Assembly: GCF_901733115.1 (NCBI RefSeq)
Contig: NZ_LR595691.1
Source: Escherichia coli
GTDB taxonomy: Bacteria > Pseudomonadota > Gammaproteobacteria > Enterobacterales > Enterobacteriaceae
Length of the DNA: 32,000 nt
Strand: one strand, 5' to 3'
Each line of letters starts with the position of its first letter. Within the stretch, counting starts at the first letter, position 1. The notes under the pieces were generated by a model. That model was not told the origin of the DNA, searched no databases, and was given only the letters and a program-made list of their open reading frames with translations. The position numbers were made by a program, and so were the translations under genes. Below, piece after piece: positions 1 through 10,227 of this stretch.

Positions 1-766
1 GCTGTCATTTGTTCATGGCGATAAAATCTTTTCTATTATTAACAATCATAAAGATGCCATTAGCCTGCTGATTTTTTCCGTGGTTGGCGCGCTAACTGTA
101 CAGCTCACTTTTTTGCTAACCATCGAAAAATCGAACGCAGCCACGGCAACGGTGCTGCAATTCCTCTCACCGACGATTATCGTCGCCTGGTTCTCACTGG
201 TGCGTAAATCGCGCCCGGGCATTCTGGTTTTCTGCGCTATTTTGACATCGCTGGTCGGGACTTTTTTATTGGTGACACACGGTAATCCGACGTCATTATC
301 GATCTCTCCTGCCGCGTTGTTCTGGGGCATTGCCTCGGCATTTGCTGCTGCATTCTATACCACCTATCCCTCAACGCTAATTGCCCGCTATGGCACGTTA
401 CCAGTCGTCGGCTGGAGTATGCTGATTGGCGGTCTGATTCTGTTGCCTTTTTATGCCAGACAAGGAACAAACTTTGTCGTTAACGGCAGTTTGATTCTGG
501 CGTTTTTTTATTTGGTGGTCATTGGTACGTCCCTGACATTTAGTCTGTACCTGAAAGGAGCACAATTAATTGGCGGTCCAAAAGCCAGCATTTTGAGCTG
601 TGCAGAACCATTAAGTAGCGCGCTACTCTCTTTGCTGTTGCTGGGGATCACGTTCACATTACCGGACTGGCTGGGAACGCTGCTGATTCTGTCATCGGTG
701 ATTTTGATTTCAATGGATTCCCGTCGCCGCGCCAGAAAAATAAATCGTCCGGCGCGGCATGAGTGA
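1..766 (+). CDS. yicL: EamA/DMT-family inner-membrane transporter, C-terminal 255 codons (5' end lies outside the window)
   Basis: The frame starting at base 2 is open from the window edge to TGA at 764-766. The track ORF 80-766 is only the part after an internal GTG. The translation is a polytopic hydrophobic protein that matches my recollection of E. coli YicL. Confidence 0.85.
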   Translation, partial: LSFVHGDKIFSIINNHKDAISLLIFSVVGALTVQLTFLLTIEKSNAATATVLQFLSPTIIVAWFSLVRKSRPGILVFCAILTSLVGTFLLVTHGNPTSLSISPAALFWGIASAFAAAFYTTYPSTLIARYGTLPVVGWSMLIGGLILLPFYARQGTNFVVNGSLILAFFYLVVIGTSLTFSLYLKGAQLIGGPKASILSCAEPLSSALLSLLLLGITFTLPDWLGTLLILSSVILISMDSRRRARKINRPARHE

Positions 767-769
767 GAA

Positions 770-1588
770 TTACCAGCCAGGCACCGCGCCACCGTTAAAA
801 ATGGTTTCTGCCGCTTTAGCGACTTCGGGTGATTGATAAGATTGCAGAAATTCCTTCACGTTTTCTGCATTCTTATTATCTTCCCGTGCCACCAAAATAT
901 TCACATACGGCGAATTCTTATCTTCAATAAATACGCTGTCGTGCACCGGAGAAAGCCCTGTCTGCTGAATGTAAGTGGTACTGATAATCGCTACATCAAC
1001 TTTGGGATCATCCAGTACGCGCGGAAGCTGCGCCCCCTCGAGTTCCATAATCTGCAAATGACGAGGATTATCGGTTATATCCAGCGCGGTAGGTAATAAC
1101 CCTTTTCCCTCTTTCAGAGTAATTAGCTTCTCTTTTTGCAACAGTAAAAGTGCGCGACCAAGGTTGGTCGGGTCGTTGGGGATCGCCACTGTCGCGCCTT
1201 CTTTTATTTGCGCCACGGTTGTGATTTTTTTGGAATAACCCGCCATAGGGAAGACAAACGTATTTCCCACCGCTACCAGTTTATAACCATGCGCCTGATT
1301 ATCTTGTTCAAGAAAGGGTCGATGCTGGAAGACATTCGCATCAAGTTCGCCATGATTTGTCGCATCGTTCGGTAGCAACGAACCGCTAAATCCTACCAGT
1401 TCAACATCGAGGCCATATTTCTCTTTTGCCACCTTTTTAGCGACTTCCGCGACATCTTGTTCTGCGCCATTTATAACGCCAACTTTAATGTGTTTTGCAT
1501 CGCTGCTACTCTGGTCGCAACCTGCCAGCAGAATTCCGGCCAGCAATAATGCGGCCCCTGTCCGTAGATGATGTGTTGTCAGTTTCAT
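770..1588 (-). CDS. nlpA: Lipoprotein-28, a MetQ-like methionine-binding lipoprotein
   Basis: 272-aa ORF. The N-terminus MKLTTHHLRTGAALLLAGILLAGC carries a signal peptide and an L-A-G-C lipobox. The body looks like an NlpA/MetQ periplasmic binding fold. Its stop lies 3 nt from the convergent yicL stop. Confidence 0.95.
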   Translation of the reverse strand: MKLTTHHLRTGAALLLAGILLAGCDQSSSDAKHIKVGVINGAEQDVAEVAKKVAKEKYGLDVELVGFSGSLLPNDATNHGELDANVFQHRPFLEQDNQAHGYKLVAVGNTFVFPMAGYSKKITTVAQIKEGATVAIPNDPTNLGRALLLLQKEKLITLKEGKGLLPTALDITDNPRHLQIMELEGAQLPRVLDDPKVDVAIISTTYIQQTGLSPVHDSVFIEDKNSPYVNILVAREDNKNAENVKEFLQSYQSPEVAKAAETIFNGGAVPGW

Positions 1589-1809
1589 TTTTTTATCCTT
1601 TTATTAATGATTACCTGACTATAGCGGTAAGGTCGCTGCGGTTTAAAAAACGAAACGCTATCGATAAGAATAAAAAGGAATAAAAGTGGAATATAAAGTC
1701 TGGCACTTCTTACTGACCACGCAAGCGCGTTTCGTACAGCATGATGAGAGCGATGAAAGCAAACTACACTTATGCTTCATTCGATACACATTTGTAAAAG
1801 GTTGAATCC

Positions 1810-2103
1810 ATGAAACCAACGACACTACTGCTTATTTTCACTTTTTTCGCTATGCCAGGCATCGTATACGCCGAGTCGCCTTTTAGCTCACTGCAGTCCG
1901 CAAAAGAGAAAACCACGGTATTACAAGATTTACGTAAAATTTGCACGCCACAGGCGTCATTATCAGATGAAGCGTGGGAAAAGTTAATGTTGTCAGATGA
2001 AAACAATAAACAACATATACGCGAGGCCATCGTGGCGATGGAACGTAATAATCAGAGCAATTATTGGGAAGCGTTGGGTAAGGTAGAATGCCCGGATATG
2101 TAA
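1810..2103 (+). CDS. yicS: Small secreted protein of unknown function (97 aa)
   Basis: The ORF starts MKPTTLLLIFTFFAMPGIVYA/ESP, a typical Sec signal peptide with an A-x-A-like cleavage site. The mature part is hydrophilic with two Cys. Size and position match my memory of YicS. Confidence 0.85.
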   Translation: MKPTTLLLIFTFFAMPGIVYAESPFSSLQSAKEKTTVLQDLRKICTPQASLSDEAWEKLMLSDENNKQHIREAIVAMERNNQSNYWEALGKVECPDM

Positions 2104-2143
2104 GAACAGCAACAACTACTGACCAACGCTTCTTTACCTGATA

Positions 2144-3334
2144 TCAGGATTTCTTCATTTTCACCTTTGCAGTAACCAACAATGCAGTCAGCAACATCAA
2201 TGTGCCGGACAACATCAACGGCGAAGTCAGACCAATATTATCCAGCGCATAACCGCCGATTGCCGCGCCACAGGTATTAGCAAGCTGAATAACCGCCACC
2301 TGAATAGACCCGGCTTTTTCTGCCTGATCGGCCAGCGAGCGGGTGATCCACGTTGACCAGCCGACAGGAACCAATGCAAAAGTTAGCCCCCAGATAATCG
2401 CCACGCCGGTAGCAACGATTTTATCGCTTCCCCACAACGTCAGCACCAACGCACTCACAGCCAGTATTAACGGCGCGCCTGCTAAGGCCAGTTTTACCGA
2501 ACGTTTAAGAATGAATGACGAAAGCGACGTACCGATAAAGCTGGCAATGCCAAAACTCAACAGCACCAGCGTTAAGCCATCCACGCTGAATCCCGCCAGG
2601 TTCATATACACCGGGCGAATATATGTGAAGAAAGCAAACTGCCCGGCGAAAGACATGAAGATGGCGATCATCCCTGCCATCACACCCGGACGTTGTAATA
2701 AGCGGAAAGTATTTTGTTTCTGATGCGAGGGTTCGCCTGGCAGTGAAGGCAATGATTTGATAATCCAGAAAATACACAGCACGCCCATCACCGCCGCCGC
2801 ATTAAAGACATTGCGCCAACCGATAAGCTCGCCTAAAAAACTGCCCAACGGCGCGGCAATCACCAGCGCAATAGAAACCGCGCCGAAGATCACCGACAGC
2901 GCCTTCGGCACCGTACGCGGCGGCACCAGACGCATGGTCAGCGACGCCGACATCGCCCAGAACCCGCCCAGCGCCAGCCCCAGACAGGCACGACCGATTA
3001 AAAGCAAACTGAATGAGTTAGCAAAGGAAACCAGCAAGCAGGAGAGCGTCAGCAAAACGGCAAACAAAATAACAACGTAGCGGCGGTCAGTAGCCTGAAT
3101 TGTCTGGGTAATAAACAAACTGGCAAACATTGCCACAAAGGCGGTCACGGTCACCGATTGCCCGGCAACCCCTTCCGAAATGCCTAAATCCTGGGCCATT
3201 GGCGTCAACAAACTGACGGGCAAAAACTCAACGATAATCAGACAGGCGACACAAAACGCCACCGAGAAAACGGCTGACCAGTTCGGTCGGGTGATGGCAT
3301 CCGCGCCGCGGTTTTCGGCAATAAATTCACTCAT
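2144..3334 (-). CDS. nepI: MFS purine ribonucleoside efflux pump (396 aa)
   Basis: The track ORF is 2144-3499. I chose the start at ATG 3332-3334 ([19 protein letters not shown]...), which gives 396 aa. The protein is a 12-TM MFS-like sequence. The upstream 55 codons run into intergenic and REP sequence. Confidence 0.9.
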   Translation of the reverse strand: MSEFIAENRGADAITRPNWSAVFSVAFCVACLIIVEFLPVSLLTPMAQDLGISEGVAGQSVTVTAFVAMFASLFITQTIQATDRRYVVILFAVLLTLSCLLVSFANSFSLLLIGRACLGLALGGFWAMSASLTMRLVPPRTVPKALSVIFGAVSIALVIAAPLGSFLGELIGWRNVFNAAAVMGVLCIFWIIKSLPSLPGEPSHQKQNTFRLLQRPGVMAGMIAIFMSFAGQFAFFTYIRPVYMNLAGFSVDGLTLVLLSFGIASFIGTSLSSFILKRSVKLALAGAPLILAVSALVLTLWGSDKIVATGVAIIWGLTFALVPVGWSTWITRSLADQAEKAGSIQVAVIQLANTCGAAIGGYALDNIGLTSPLMLSGTLMLLTALLVTAKVKMKKS

Positions 3335-3471
3335 GGTGTTACCCGTGGCATGTTTCAGGGGAAAAGCCGACCACTTTAACATTGAAATGTGTGACGCATT
3401 TAACGTTTTTGCAACTTTTACGGTGTTGCTTGAGCTGGAGTTAAGATCGAAACGGAACAGGGCAAAGATTA

Positions 3472-3537
3472 CCGGATGCGGCGTGAACGTCTTATCCACC
3501 CGACAGGTCAGGCGCGGTCTGTAGGCTGATAAGACGA
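3472..3537. repeat. REP/BIME-like intergenic palindromic element
   Basis: CCGGATGCGGCGTGAACGTCTTATCC (3472-3497) resembles the E. coli REP consensus GCCGGATGCGGCGTGAACGCCTTATCCGGCCTAC. A second partial inverted copy, GTAGGCTGATAAGACG, lies at 3521-3536. The element sits between the nepI upstream region and the yicN 3' end. Confidence 0.6.
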
Positions 3538-3544
3538 AACGGTT

Positions 3545-3997
3545 TCAATGCAACCAGTGAACGCCCTCGGCAGGCTGAAAGAACGCGTTATAGCGCATCT
3601 GAAAAGCATTAATATCCTGCATTTCAGGTTCGGTTTCGCGCAGAAAACCTAGCGCCAGCCTGACCTGAGCGTCGGTAATCGGCGCGGCGAGGCGAGCTTT
3701 TTGTAAAATCCGATGCCATTGCAGCAGGTTCTGTTCGCTACCATCGACAATGACAATTTGCCAGATGAGCAACACCTGCGCGGCGTTTTGCAGGTGCGAC
3801 TCATCCGGACGATGCAAATAACGTAAAAATTCGTCACCAGCTGACTTTCCCATTTGATCGACCATCGACTCCACGGGTATGACATCGATATTCAGCCGAT
3901 CGCTGAGACGGCGAATCGCTTTTCTGGCCCCGGATGTCAGCACCCGAAAACCAACCACAAACACCACTGCCAGCGTGGCGAGCATTATCCAGATCAT
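3545..3997 (-). CDS. yicN: DUF1198-type protein with an N-terminal membrane anchor (150 aa)
   Basis: The track ORF is 3545-4024. ATG 3995-3997 is preceded by AGGAGA with a 5-nt spacer, so MIWIMLATLAVVFVVGF... is the likely start. The start at 4024 is an alternative. Confidence 0.8.
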   Translation of the reverse strand: MIWIMLATLAVVFVVGFRVLTSGARKAIRRLSDRLNIDVIPVESMVDQMGKSAGDEFLRYLHRPDESHLQNAAQVLLIWQIVIVDGSEQNLLQWHRILQKARLAAPITDAQVRLALGFLRETEPEMQDINAFQMRYNAFFQPAEGVHWLH

Positions 3998-4049
3998 GAG
4001 TTCTCCTGCGTAATCAGAACTCATGATATCTGGAAACCCTCGCCAGTTA

Positions 4050-5384
4050 CTAATCCACCAGAATAATCTTCAGTGCAAACAGAGCTGCGACCACCACCAC
4101 ACACAGGTTCAGATCGCGCCAGCGCCCGGTGCACACTTTCATGATGCAGTACGACATAAAGCCGAGTGCAATCCCTTCGGTGATCGAGAAAGTAAAGGGC
4201 ATCATCACCGTGGTAATAAACGCAGGCACCGATTCGGTAAAATCATCCCAGTTAACGCGCGCCAGGCTCGAAGTCATCAGCACGCCAACAAAGATTAACG
4301 CTCCGGCGGTTGCGTAAGGAGGAACCATCGCCACCAGCGGTGAGAAGAACATAACCAACAGGAACATAACGCCAACCACAACCGCAGTCAGCCCCGTGCG
4401 GCCACCGACTGCCACACCAGAAGTACTTTCAATATAGGCAGTAACAGACGAGGTGCCGATAAACGCACCCGCCACCGAACTGACGCTATCAACATACAGC
4501 GCCTTATTCATATTGGGGAATTTACCGTTACCATCTATTAAGCCCGCTTTATCAGTTACACCAATTAATGTTCCTGATGAATCAAATAGGTTGATCAGCA
4601 TAAAGGAGAAAATGATACCGGCGAGTTCAAGTGTTAACGCGCCGCTCAAATCTACTTCACCAATGACGCCGCTAATATCAGGCGGAATGGAATAGACGCC
4701 GCTAAAATGAACATCACCGAAAAATAATCCACAGCAAGACGTCACCACAATAGAAACCAGCACCGCGGCATGAAAATGACGTGATGACAACACGGTTATA
4801 ATAAAAAACCCTAAAATACCTAACAACACGCCGTGAGAACTTAAATCGCCAATCATCACCAGCGTGTCTTTATTGGCGACAATAACGCCAGTATTTTTTA
4901 ATCCCATTAAGGCGATAAATAATCCAATTCCGCTGGTGATACCAATACGTAAACTTAAGGGAATGTTGGAGATCATCCAGTACCGGATACGAAACAGCGT
5001 GAGCAAAAATAGTCCAACTGCGCCCCAGAATATTGCGCCCATCCCGGTCTGCCAGGAGATGCCCATCGCCCCCACGACCACGAAGGCAAAGAAGGCGTTC
5101 AGCCCCATTGCCGGAGCCAGCGCCACGGGTAAGTTAGCAAATATCCCCATCGCAATACTGCCGATACCGGCAATCAAACAGGTGGTAACAAACACCACTT
5201 TCGGGTCCATTTGTGCCGCGCCGAGGATTTGCGGGTTCACAAAAACGATGTACACCATGGTTAAAAAAGTGGTCATCCCCGCAATCAATTCTGTGCGGAC
5301 GGTGGTCCCATGCTGAGGTAGTTTAAATAATCGCGAAAGCGTCCCTGATTCATTACTCACGTAATCGGTATTGTCATTATTCAT
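4050..5384 (-). CDS. adeQ: NCS2/AzgA-family adenine permease (444 aa)
   Basis: The track ORF is 4050-5462. The start at ATG 5382-5384 (MNNDNTDYVSNESG...) gives 444 aa; ATG 5394-5396 is an alternative. The protein is a polytopic AzgA-like purine permease, which I recognise as YicO/AdeQ. Confidence 0.88.
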   Translation of the reverse strand: MNNDNTDYVSNESGTLSRLFKLPQHGTTVRTELIAGMTTFLTMVYIVFVNPQILGAAQMDPKVVFVTTCLIAGIGSIAMGIFANLPVALAPAMGLNAFFAFVVVGAMGISWQTGMGAIFWGAVGLFLLTLFRIRYWMISNIPLSLRIGITSGIGLFIALMGLKNTGVIVANKDTLVMIGDLSSHGVLLGILGFFIITVLSSRHFHAAVLVSIVVTSCCGLFFGDVHFSGVYSIPPDISGVIGEVDLSGALTLELAGIIFSFMLINLFDSSGTLIGVTDKAGLIDGNGKFPNMNKALYVDSVSSVAGAFIGTSSVTAYIESTSGVAVGGRTGLTAVVVGVMFLLVMFFSPLVAMVPPYATAGALIFVGVLMTSSLARVNWDDFTESVPAFITTVMMPFTFSITEGIALGFMSYCIMKVCTGRWRDLNLCVVVVAALFALKIILVD

Positions 5385-5558
5385 TTTTTTGTCCATTGGA
5401 GGAGATTTAATCCCTTGCTTTTGTAAAACAAATGACAACAACGGTTCAGTGATAATTATCACATTTCAATTGCACATTAATGGATATTCTTTAATAATCT
5501 CGCGACGTTTCTTTATGATAAATAATAATCAAATTGATAAAATCAAAATGAGAAAAAT

Positions 5559-7325
5559 ATGAATAATTCTATTAACCATAAATTTCATCACATTAGCCGG
5601 GCTGAATACCAGGAATTGTTAGCCGTTTCCCGTGGCGACGCTGTTGCCGATTATATTATTGATAATGTCTCTATTCTCGACCTGATCAATGGCGGAGAAA
5701 TTTCCGGCCCAATTGTGATTAAAGGACGTTACATTGCCGGTGTTGGCGCAGAATACGCTGATGCTCCGGCTTTGCAGCGGATTGATGCTCGCGGCGCAAC
5801 GGCGGTGCCAGGGTTTATTGATGCTCACCTGCATATTGAATCCAGCATGATGACGCCGGTCACTTTTGAAACCGCTACCCTGCCGCGCGGCCTGACGACC
5901 GTTATTTGCGACCCTCATGAAATCGTCAACGTGATGGGAGAAGCCGGATTCGCCTGGTTTGCCCGCTGTGCCGAACAGGCAAGGCAAAACCAGTACTTAC
6001 AGGTCAGCTCTTGCGTACCCGCCCTGGAAGGCTGCGATGTTAACGGTGCCAGTTTTACCCTTGAACAGATGCTCGCCTGGCGGGACCATCCGCAGGTTAC
6101 CGGCCTTGCAGAAATGATGGACTACCCTGGCGTAATTAGCGGGCAGAATGCGCTGCTCGATAAACTGGATGCATTTCGCCACCTGACGCTGGACGGTCAC
6201 TGCCCGGGTTTGGGTGGTAAAGAACTTAACGCCTATATTACTGCGGGTATTGAAAACTGCCACGAAAGTTATCAGCTGGAAGAAGGACGCCGGAAATTAC
6301 AACTCGGCATGTCGTTGATGATCCGCGAAGGGTCCGCTGCCCGCAATCTCAACGCGCTGGCACCGTTGATCAACGAATTTAACAGCCCGCAATGCATGCT
6401 CTGTACCGATGACCGTAACCCGTGGGAGATCGCCCATGAAGGACACATCGATGCCTTAATTCGCCGCCTGATCGAACAACACAATGTGCCGCTGCATGTG
6501 GCATATCGCGTCGCCAGCTGGTCGACGGCGCGCCACTTTGGTCTGAATCACCTCGGCTTACTGGCACCCGGCAAGCAGGCCGATATCGTCCTGTTGAGCG
6601 ATGCGCGTAAGGTCACGGTGCAGCAGGTACTAGTGAAAGGCGAGCCGATTGATGCGCAAACCTTACAGGCGGAAGAGTCGGCGAGACTGGCACAATCCGC
6701 TCCGCCATATGGCAACACCATTGCCCGCCAGCCAGTTTCCGCCAGCGACTTTGCCCTGCAATTTACGCCCGGAAAACGCTATCGGGTCATTGACGTCATC
6801 CATAACGAATTGATTACGCACTCCCACTCCAGCGTCTACAGCGAAAATGGTTTTGATCGCGATGATGTGAGCTTTATTGCCGTACTTGAGCGTTACGGGC
6901 AACGGCTGGCTCCGGCTTGTGGTTTGCTTGGCGGCTTTGGACTGAATGAAGGTGCGCTGGCTGCGACGGTCAGCCATGACAGCCATAATATTGTGGTGAT
7001 CGGTCGCAGTGCCGAAGAGATGGCGCTGGCGGTCAATCAGGTGATTCAGGATGGCGGCGGGCTGTGCGTGGTACGTAACGGCCAGGTCCAAAGTCATCTG
7101 CCGTTGCCCATTGCCGGCCTGATGAGCACCGACACGGCGCAGTCGCTGGCGGAACAGATTGACGCCTTGAAAGCCGCCGCCCGTGAATGCGGTCCGTTAC
7201 CCGATGAGCCGTTTATTCAGATGGCGTTTCTTTCTCTGCCAGTGATCCCCGCGCTAAAACTAACCAGTCAGGGGCTATTTGATGGCGAGAAGTTTGCCTT
7301 CACTACGCTGGAAGTCACGGAATAA
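5559..7325 (+). CDS. ade: Adenine deaminase (588 aa, amidohydrolase superfamily)
   Basis: The ORF contains [13 protein letters not shown], the metal-binding H-x-H motif of amidohydrolases. Length and sequence match my memory of E. coli Ade (YicP). It is divergent from adeQ. Confidence 0.95.
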   Translation: MNNSINHKFHHISRAEYQELLAVSRGDAVADYIIDNVSILDLINGGEISGPIVIKGRYIAGVGAEYADAPALQRIDARGATAVPGFIDAHLHIESSMMTPVTFETATLPRGLTTVICDPHEIVNVMGEAGFAWFARCAEQARQNQYLQVSSCVPALEGCDVNGASFTLEQMLAWRDHPQVTGLAEMMDYPGVISGQNALLDKLDAFRHLTLDGHCPGLGGKELNAYITAGIENCHESYQLEEGRRKLQLGMSLMIREGSAARNLNALAPLINEFNSPQCMLCTDDRNPWEIAHEGHIDALIRRLIEQHNVPLHVAYRVASWSTARHFGLNHLGLLAPGKQADIVLLSDARKVTVQQVLVKGEPIDAQTLQAEESARLAQSAPPYGNTIARQPVSASDFALQFTPGKRYRVIDVIHNELITHSHSSVYSENGFDRDDVSFIAVLERYGQRLAPACGLLGGFGLNEGALAATVSHDSHNIVVIGRSAEEMALAVNQVIQDGGGLCVVRNGQVQSHLPLPIAGLMSTDTAQSLAEQIDALKAAARECGPLPDEPFIQMAFLSLPVIPALKLTSQGLFDGEKFAFTTLEVTE

Positions 7326-7332
7326 TAAAAAA

Positions 7333-7351
7333 GCCCGGCGTCATGCCGGGC
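7333..7351. terminator. Bidirectional Rho-independent terminator hairpin between ade and uhpT
   Basis: GCCCGGC (7333-7339), loop GTCAT, GCCGGGC (7345-7351). It is flanked by an A-run upstream (AATAATAAAAAA) and followed by AAAAG. It sits between two convergent stop codons. Confidence 0.7.
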
Positions 7352-7369
7352 AAAAGTCACCAGTTACGT

Positions 7370-8761
7370 TTATGCCACTGTCAACTGCTGAATTTTTTTC
7401 TCGCGGCGGATTTTGCGTTCTTCCATCACCGCCACTATCGCCATCAGGCAGATACAACCAATCGCGGCGATATCAAGTGCGGCGAATGTGCCTGCCCAGC
7501 CGGTAAGGCCGAATACCGGCGTCCCATCGGCAATCATTCCCAGACCTAACTTGGCAAAGCTGTCACCAATCAGGTAAGCAAAGGTGCCTTTAATACCATC
7601 GGCAGCGCCAATCGCTTTTTTAGGTACAAAGCCAACAGCAGCCACACCAATCAACAATTGCGGGCCAAAGACCAGGAAACCCAACGCAAAGAGAGAAGCC
7701 AGATAGATATATTCGTTGCTGGCATGTTGATACACACCGAGCGTGGCGATAATCAGCGCCAGCGCGATGCAGGCCACCAGGCCACGGCGACCGTTCGCCA
7801 GGTCAGAGAGCCAGCCCCACAGCAGCGTACCGACCAGCGCACCAGCTTCAAACAGCGTAAAGCCCTGAATCGCCACCGCTTTAGAGAGTTTCAGTTCCTG
7901 GAACGCGTATACGGTTGACCACTGGTCGATACCAATACGTACCACATAGAGGAAAATGTTGGCGAAGCACAGCAGCCAGATCACTTTGTTTTTCAGCACA
8001 TACTCAACAAAGATCTGCCACTTGGTCATATCGGTAGATTCTGTCTCTTTGTCCTCTTCGCTGATCTCCTCGCCGAACAGTTCTTCAGCTTTGCCGAGGC
8101 CATAAGATTCCGGGGAGTCGCTACCGTAACGCAGGCCGATAAAACCGACAATCAGCGCGATAATCGACGGGAAGATAAACATGCCGATGACATGGCCATC
8201 GAACAGGTAATTTGCCCCGAACAGCGCCACACCTGCTGCGCCTGCACCGCCAAGGTTGTGAGAAATATTCCAGAAACCGAGGAATGTCCCGCGTTTACGA
8301 CGCGGCGTCCATTTGGTGATGGTGGAGTAACTGCACGAACCGCCGGTACTCTGGAAAAAGCCGCTTAAGGCGTAGAAGGCAATCATCAGGAACAGGCTAA
8401 CCGAGCCGCTGCCCATACTGGCACTGAAGCCCAGCATACAAATGGCAGACAGGATAAGCATAAACGGCAGGAATTGTTTGGTGTTTTTGCCGTCGGCGTA
8501 GTAGGAAACCAGCGTTTTACCCACGCCATAAGTGATGGAGAAACCCAGGCCGATCATCCCCAGCTGCGTCATGCTCAACCCGTAGGTCGAAATCATGTCG
8601 TTCTGCGCGATGTTAAAGTTCTTGCGAATCAGGTACATCGTCAGGTAGCCGATAAAGACCACCAGGTAGGATTGCATGAACGGTTTGAACCACATTTTGC
8701 GCCGCACTTCGAGCGGAAGGTCCAGGGTCGGCTTGCGAACCTGGTTTAAGAAAGCCAGCAT
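7370..8761 (-). CDS. uhpT: Hexose-6-phosphate:phosphate antiporter (MFS OPA family, 463 aa)
   Basis: 463-aa ORF starting [28 protein letters not shown]. It is a 12-TM MFS protein, paralogous to the adjacent uhpC product. Confidence 0.97.
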
Positions 8762-8791
8762 GGGTTACTCCTGAAATGAATACCTGCGTGA

Positions 8792-8902
8792 GGCATGCAT
8801 TGTAAAAATCAGCAGCAAATCAGGCCTGAGATAGCGTCCAGGCAAAACCTGGAAAATTTCTTAGTTTTGCCGGATATGAAGTGAAAAGGTGAGATGCATC
8901 AC
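8792..8902 (-). promoter_or_regulatory. uhpT promoter with a -10 element, a UhpA-binding inverted repeat and a distal CRP site
   Basis: Read on the minus strand. The -10 element TACAAT is at 8799-8804. The inverted repeat GGCAAAAC...GTTTTGCC at 8841-8871 falls about -50 to -80 from an inferred start near 8792. The CRP-like site GTGA-N6-TCAC at 8889-8902 is centred about -103.5 and overlaps the uhpC stop. These positions agree with the published architecture as I remember it. Confidence 0.75.
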
Positions 8903-10218
8903 GCTTCGCGCGGTGTCTGGGCGTTCAAAAAGGGCAGTAACAGCAGTGCGGAAATCCCGGCGGCGATAGAGATAACCACAAAAAATCCGCTCCAGTGCCA
9001 GGTATCGAGTACTTTCGCCAGCGGCCAACCAGCAAGCGACGCCCCCAGATAAGCAAACAAGCCGACAAACCCCGTCGCCGCCCCTGCCGCCTCTTTGTGG
9101 GAACACTCTGCCGCCGCCATACCGATTAACATCTGTGGGCCAAAGACAAAAAAACCAATGGTGAAGAAGCAGGTTGCCTGCATCACGTAGCTGGCAAATG
9201 GCATCAGCCACAGGGAGCCGACTGAAAGCAAAATTCCGGCGGCGAAAATCAAATTCATCGGCCCTCGGTTGCCGTTAAACAATTTGTCCGAGCCCCAACC
9301 CGCTACCAGCGCACCGATAAATCCACCCAGTTCAAACATCGTCACTGCCGTATTCGCCGTGACCAGATCGACGCCCAGCGTCTCGGACATATACAAATTG
9401 CCCCAGTCGTTGATCGCCGCCCGGACCACATAGACCAGCACATAGCAAAACGAAAGCAGCCAGATATACGGATTCAGCAACACATATTTGGTGAGGATCT
9501 CTTTACGCGTCAGCCCTGCCCCTTCTTGTTGTTGAGCTATCTCCAGCGCGTCGTGTCGCCATTCACCGACCGCCGGTAAACCTAACGCCTGCGGGCGATC
9601 GCGCAGCCGCCAGCAGAGAAAAATTCCCACGACGATCGCCATACAACCAGCAATCATCATCCCGGCACGCCAGCCGTAATGTAGTGCAGCCGCTGCCATC
9701 ACAATGGGAATGAGTGCGCCGCCGACGTTATGCGCCGTGTTCCATAATGCCCACCAACCGCCGCGCTCGGTACGTGAATACCAGGCCGTTAACAGACGCG
9801 CACACACCGGTGAACCCCAGCCCTGGAAAAAGGCGTTCAGCACCCAGAGCACGGCAAACGCCCATAGCGACGTCGAGAAGCCAAACAGAATGTTGATAAT
9901 GCCCGTGGCGATAAGCCCTATCCCCATAAAATAACGGGCATTTGAGCGATCGCTGACAATGCCGGAGACAAACTTCGACACGCCATAGGTAATGTAAAAC
10001 AGGGTCGCTAACAGGCCGATATCGCTACGGCTGAGCACGCCGTTAGCAAGGATTTCTGGTACGGCGGCGTTAAAACTTTTCCGCGTGAAGTAAAACAGCG
10101 CATAACCCAGCCAGATGGTCAGCAGAATATGCCGACGCCAGTAGCGATAGCGGGCATCAATTTCATATTTATCAGTCATTAATGGCGCATCGGCAGGCGC
10201 TTTCAGAAACGGCAACAT
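8899..10218 (-). CDS. uhpC: Membrane glucose-6-phosphate sensor, an MFS-like UhpT paralog (439 aa)
   Basis: The track ORF is 8899-10224 and begins TTG-ATG-ATG. I took the third codon (MLPFLKAPADAPLMTDKYE...). The protein is homologous to UhpT along its whole length. Confidence 0.92.
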   Translation of the reverse strand: MLPFLKAPADAPLMTDKYEIDARYRYWRRHILLTIWLGYALFYFTRKSFNAAVPEILANGVLSRSDIGLLATLFYITYGVSKFVSGIVSDRSNARYFMGIGLIATGIINILFGFSTSLWAFAVLWVLNAFFQGWGSPVCARLLTAWYSRTERGGWWALWNTAHNVGGALIPIVMAAAALHYGWRAGMMIAGCMAIVVGIFLCWRLRDRPQALGLPAVGEWRHDALEIAQQQEGAGLTRKEILTKYVLLNPYIWLLSFCYVLVYVVRAAINDWGNLYMSETLGVDLVTANTAVTMFELGGFIGALVAGWGSDKLFNGNRGPMNLIFAAGILLSVGSLWLMPFASYVMQATCFFTIGFFVFGPQMLIGMAAAECSHKEAAGAATGFVGLFAYLGASLAGWPLAKVLDTWHWSGFFVVISIAAGISALLLLPFLNAQTPREA

Positions 10219-10227
10219 CATCAAACC

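Noticed and set aside
3395-3420. A possible PurR box (ACGCATTTAACGTTTTTGCAA) upstream of the purine-nucleoside exporter nepI
   Set aside because: When aligned on the central CG, only about half of the 16 consensus positions (ACGCAAACGTTTGCGT) match. This is too weak to call.
3335-3499. A 55-codon upstream extension of nepI, and similar short extensions of uhpA, yidP, yidQ, ibpB, yidE and yidL
   Set aside because: The extensions run into REP, terminator or promoter sequence and lack SDs. The downstream ATGs give the protein lengths I recall and have sensible N-termini.
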